DNA of 53,683 nucleotides, filler included, from Sphacelaria rigidula (Eukaryota): NCBI GenBank assembly GCA_964200075.2. It is 4 parts of 4 records of this genome, joined end to end, with 100 filler letters (N's around TTAATTAATTAA, not from the genome) between each part and the next. Parts side by side here need not be neighbours in the genome. Positions count along the whole stretch, not along the records: positions 40,341 to 53,683 come from CAXNAA020002951.1; 3 more parts are not named here. One strand, 5' to 3'. Shown piece by piece: positions 50,401 to 53,683 of this stretch (position 1 is its first letter; each line of letters starts with the position of its first letter). The notes under the pieces were generated by a model. It saw only the letters and a program-made list of their open reading frames with translations, ran no database searches and was not told where the DNA came from. The position numbers and the translations under genes were made by a program.

Positions 50401-53339
50401 CATCCGCAGGGGCGGCGAGCGGCGATATTCCAGACGGGGGAATTTTCGATAGTTTCGGTGGTCCACCGCCGCCGTCGCGGGGAGCACAAAAACCGGCGGG
50501 GGGCCAGCTGGCGTCCGGAGAACTTTCCGGCGACATTTTTGGCGGCTTCGACGGACCTCCAAGAGTACCACAATCTCAAAAGACGAGTCTACCCAAGGCA
50601 GACGCCATGACCTCGGGAGAATTGTCGGGGGATCTATTCGGTGGGTTCGACGGCCCTCCTCGTCCTAAACCTAAGCCCCAGAATCCGGTGGGTCTTGATT
50701 CTCTCGGATCGGGTGAGCTTGGTGGAGACATGTTTGGCTCCTTCGACGGACCCCCACGGCCAGTGCGCGTTCCGGCGGCTTCCCGGCCGTCAACTACTGA
50801 TACGTCACAAGGGCCCCCTGGCGGCAGCGCGGTGTGGTCTGCCGGAAGCTCGCCGGCCACCTCGCAGCCGGCTAGCCCGGATCCAGAGAAGGCGGTGGTT
50901 GCGAAAGACGAGACCCTAGAACGTAACGGATACGGGTTTAAGGAGGGAGAGGAGCCGGACTGGCGAATCTACGATGATTTTGCCCAGCGATTTTCGAGCG
51001 AAGAAGGTGTTTGCGGCGGTTGCAACAATGACAAGGACGTGAAATCGAGGTGAGACGGCTGGGTGGTAGGGCCAAGTGAAGACGTGCAGTGGTGAGATAT
51101 GTTGAACTTGGTGTTGATTTTTCCGTCGCCGTGTAGACGACCGTTGCATGCATATCGGTGGTGGGCTTGCGTTTCCCTCCTCACCGTTATTCGACCTCAT
51201 ATTCTCCCAAGTGGGTCCCATACGCGACACCTCTTTGCAAAAAGCCATGACATGCCTGAGTTGGTTCGTGTCAGAAGTTACGTGACATACTTGCTATGCG
51301 CGATCGCTCTTCCTTCTCCCTTATTCTACTGGCTTTCACAATTACATGACACAGGTCGTTCTCGTCAGGCAAGGTATCGGTGAGCGAAGACGATGACATC
51401 GAGAGATGGGCGGCATGGGCACAGGACCTGGCCTATGAAGCGGCCACAAAACGCCTGCTGCGCGAGCTGCGGTACCTCCTCGGCGGACTCGACGCGCTCG
51501 CGCCGACCGCTTCGAACATGGCCTTCGCCCTCGAATCAGTGGGCAAGACGCTATCAGCGAAATCTCAGGCATCTAACAAAGCCGCCAATGCCACCTCCGG
51601 AACCCGATTGTCCTTGCTGGAAAGCGTCCAGGCGACAGCGCAGGTGTTGTGCGAGTCGCACGGGCTGTCAACGCAGGCTTTGACAGCGGCTGCAGCAGGG
51701 GCCCTGTGTCACACTTGGGCTGGCGGCTCTCGGCGTCTCGGCGCGTTTTGCTTGCTCCTTTACGCGCTGGACCGTCCTGTTGCGGCAGACGCTGCGGTCT
51801 GCGCCGCTGCCGGCCGACTGCTGCAAAGCTGCAGCGTCCATGGTGGGGCGCACCTGGAAGACCTGAGCCTGAAGGCGGCGCAAGCGAAGGCGATGAGCGC
51901 CATCTCGGAGGCCACCAGCCCAGTGGCCGAAGGGGAGGCAACGACGACAGCGCTGGATGCAAACAACGCTTCTGAAACATCGCGGCCATCACGCGCGGAA
52001 TCGAAAGCAGAATCCATCGGGTCTCGCGATGTGAGTAGTGCGAGTGGGGCGATGCCAGGGGCGGCAGTCACCACGTCGGAGGCGGGTGGACTGGGATTGG
52101 AGAACCTGCGACCTCATTTGTCTGAGTTGCGATCGGCTGCTTTCCAGCTAGAGCTTTGCTTGAGTTTGCACGCTCGCGGCTGCTTGAATCTTAGCGCGCG
52201 CGCGAGGGCGGAGGCGGCGGTAGGGTTCCGAGCGGGCCTGCTGGTGGAGGCGTTGGGCAGGAGGTGAGGATCAAGCTCTTTTCGATTCATCGACAAGCGT
52301 TGCTGTCGATTTCTGCGTTGAGATTGTTCCATGTCGAGCGCAACTTTTATGGGGATCAATTGTGCGTCGGATTAAGTTATCCTTCGTGCATGGTCTGGCG
52401 GTACACCTAGGGCGCATGGCGAATGTGCCGATGTGAACCCCGTCCGTGTAATCAACCTTGTGCTTACTGAGTTTTCATCGATATTTTATGTAGTGACATG
52501 CACGCCGCTCACCAGAAACATATCCGCCGATCATCTGTCCCATTCTTCAGATATGACGTGATGGCGACCCTGGTGGAGTACCCGCCGGCACCACTGACCC
52601 TCGATGAGCTCGTTCTATCCGGTTGCGAGCTGGAACAAGATCCGAAGAAAACCTCTGCGGTTGGATCCGCCAGAGAACGCTCGCCTAACGACAGAGACCC
52701 CGAGTCGGAAATACCACCGCCGTACAGTCGTTTCAAAGAGACCCGCCACCGCTTGAGCCAGCTGAACCAGGGCACTGAAAAGGCTGTCAAGACAGGTTTC
52801 GGCACCGACTTGCCGCCGGGCCTTGCTCTCGCGAAGATAGCAGAACACGAGGCATTCTGTGACGGGTTTTCCCGAGCCGACGCCGAGGCTGCCTTGCAGG
52901 GCCTAGAACTCGGAACGTTCTTGTTTCGTTCTTATTCCGGCGGCCGGGCTTCTGGAAACGGTGCGAGGAACGCGACCGGCGGCGGCGACAGAAGTCGTTC
53001 GGGAGCAAAGCACACCCCGAAGGAAACAAACGCCGTAGTCATGTCCGTCACTTCCGCAGGGGGGCTGACGGGGAGCATTGTGCGACATCTAGTGCTTCGC
53101 GCTGTTGAACCAAGCGGTGACATTGATTTCGAAAACGAGGACGATGAGGATGGAGACGGGGAGGGCGGCGTGTCTTGCGGCATTATCGGACCTGACCGGA
53201 ATGTGGACAGCCTATTGCTGCGCATTCGCAAGATGTTCTACGAGGACAACTCTGCGACTGCGGCATCCCGCTTGTCGCGAGAGGGAGCGAGCGCCGGTCT
53301 TGATACTCCAAATGCTTCCCTCTTGGAAGCTTTATCACG
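41487..53339 (+). CDS. RAV1: DmX-like / Rav1 (RAVE, Rabconnectin-3 alpha) protein with PDZ, Rav1p_C and SH2-like domains; 5'- and probably 3'-partial
   Basis: All junctions are phase-compatible: 41487-41642, 42078-43580, 43735-45057, 46560-46689, 47435 (or 47441)-47613, 48846-49183, 49607-51049, 51355-52263, 52551-53339. Rav1p_C motifs: 'ITWNDARALMVPLWLRD', 'AALFY', 'LAHDFSSPRGRTVAGKNAFILLRKRDYRAAAAVFLLA', 'DLQLALLVTRLIE', 'AFLEAASLFWLG'. Confidence 0.88.
45655..45960 (-). mobile_element. SINE family C, copy 3 (intronic)
   Basis: Minus strand reads GCAGAACTCACAGACTCA...GACTGTTGGCTTGGCAACTCAACACAGG, matching the other family C copies. Confidence 0.6.
48240..48590 (+). mobile_element. SINE family C, copy 4 (intronic)
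   Basis: CCGTTTCACGTTGGCGAC...ACAGAAGGTTCAGGGTTCGAGTCC (B box)...GATTGTTGGCTTGGGCACTCAACACAGG. Confidence 0.65.
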
Positions 53340-53602
53340 GTGAGAGCTTCTGGCCACAGTATATGCGTTCATTTTAGCACTGGTGCACACATAAAATCTT
53401 CCACTTGATGTTATCGGTACTGCACTGATACGGCGTCTCCCACCCGTGTTTAGATAATGTCAGGGTAAGCCCAATATCCCCTTTCGGCTATTCTGCACAA
53501 TGCTCATCCCGAAAACTCGCCTGTAAACCCCGACACATACACACGCTAGTCTACAAAAACGGTTGCCATTCTCCGAAATGCTCACCACCGGAAACTCACC
53601 TC

Positions 53603-53634
<32 letters not shown>

Positions 53635-53683
53635 ACCCCACCCCCCCCCACAACACAAGCCCCCGCCGCCCCGCCGGAGCGTC

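Noticed and set aside
26897-53683. Functional cluster linking GPI (glycolysis) with RAVE (glucose-dependent V-ATPase assembly)
   Set aside because: The two genes are on different contigs joined artificially, so the adjacency is coincidental.

Overview
Eukaryotic nuclear DNA, most likely from a brown alga or related photosynthetic stramenopile. This is inferred from intron-rich genes with GC-rich exons, an ASAFAP-type plastid pre-sequence and abundant tRNA-derived repeats. The window is not one locus. It holds four unplaced contigs of 13349, 13347, 13344 and 13343 bp, joined in size order by 100-nt N-linkers containing TTAATTAATTAA. Contig 1 has an LRRC45-like LRR/coiled-coil gene (-) head-to-head with a DUF1499-like thylakoid-lumen gene (+); the introns carry SINEs, MITEs and a degenerate ATCGAT minisatellite. 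Contig 2 has a low-complexity protein gene (+), a decayed Ty1/copia element (-) and poorly identified minus-strand exons. Contig 3 has a possibly decaying TTC13/SRFR1-like gene and the 5' part of a glucose-6-phosphate isomerase gene. Contig 4 has a partial DmX/Rav1 (RAVE/Rabconnectin-3) gene. Its phase-compatible exons add a PDZ domain, repeated acidic DxFGxF motifs and an SH2-like domain to the Rav1p_C core, which is the most notable finding. All family calls come from manual motif recognition and manual GT-AG/phase checks, not database searches.
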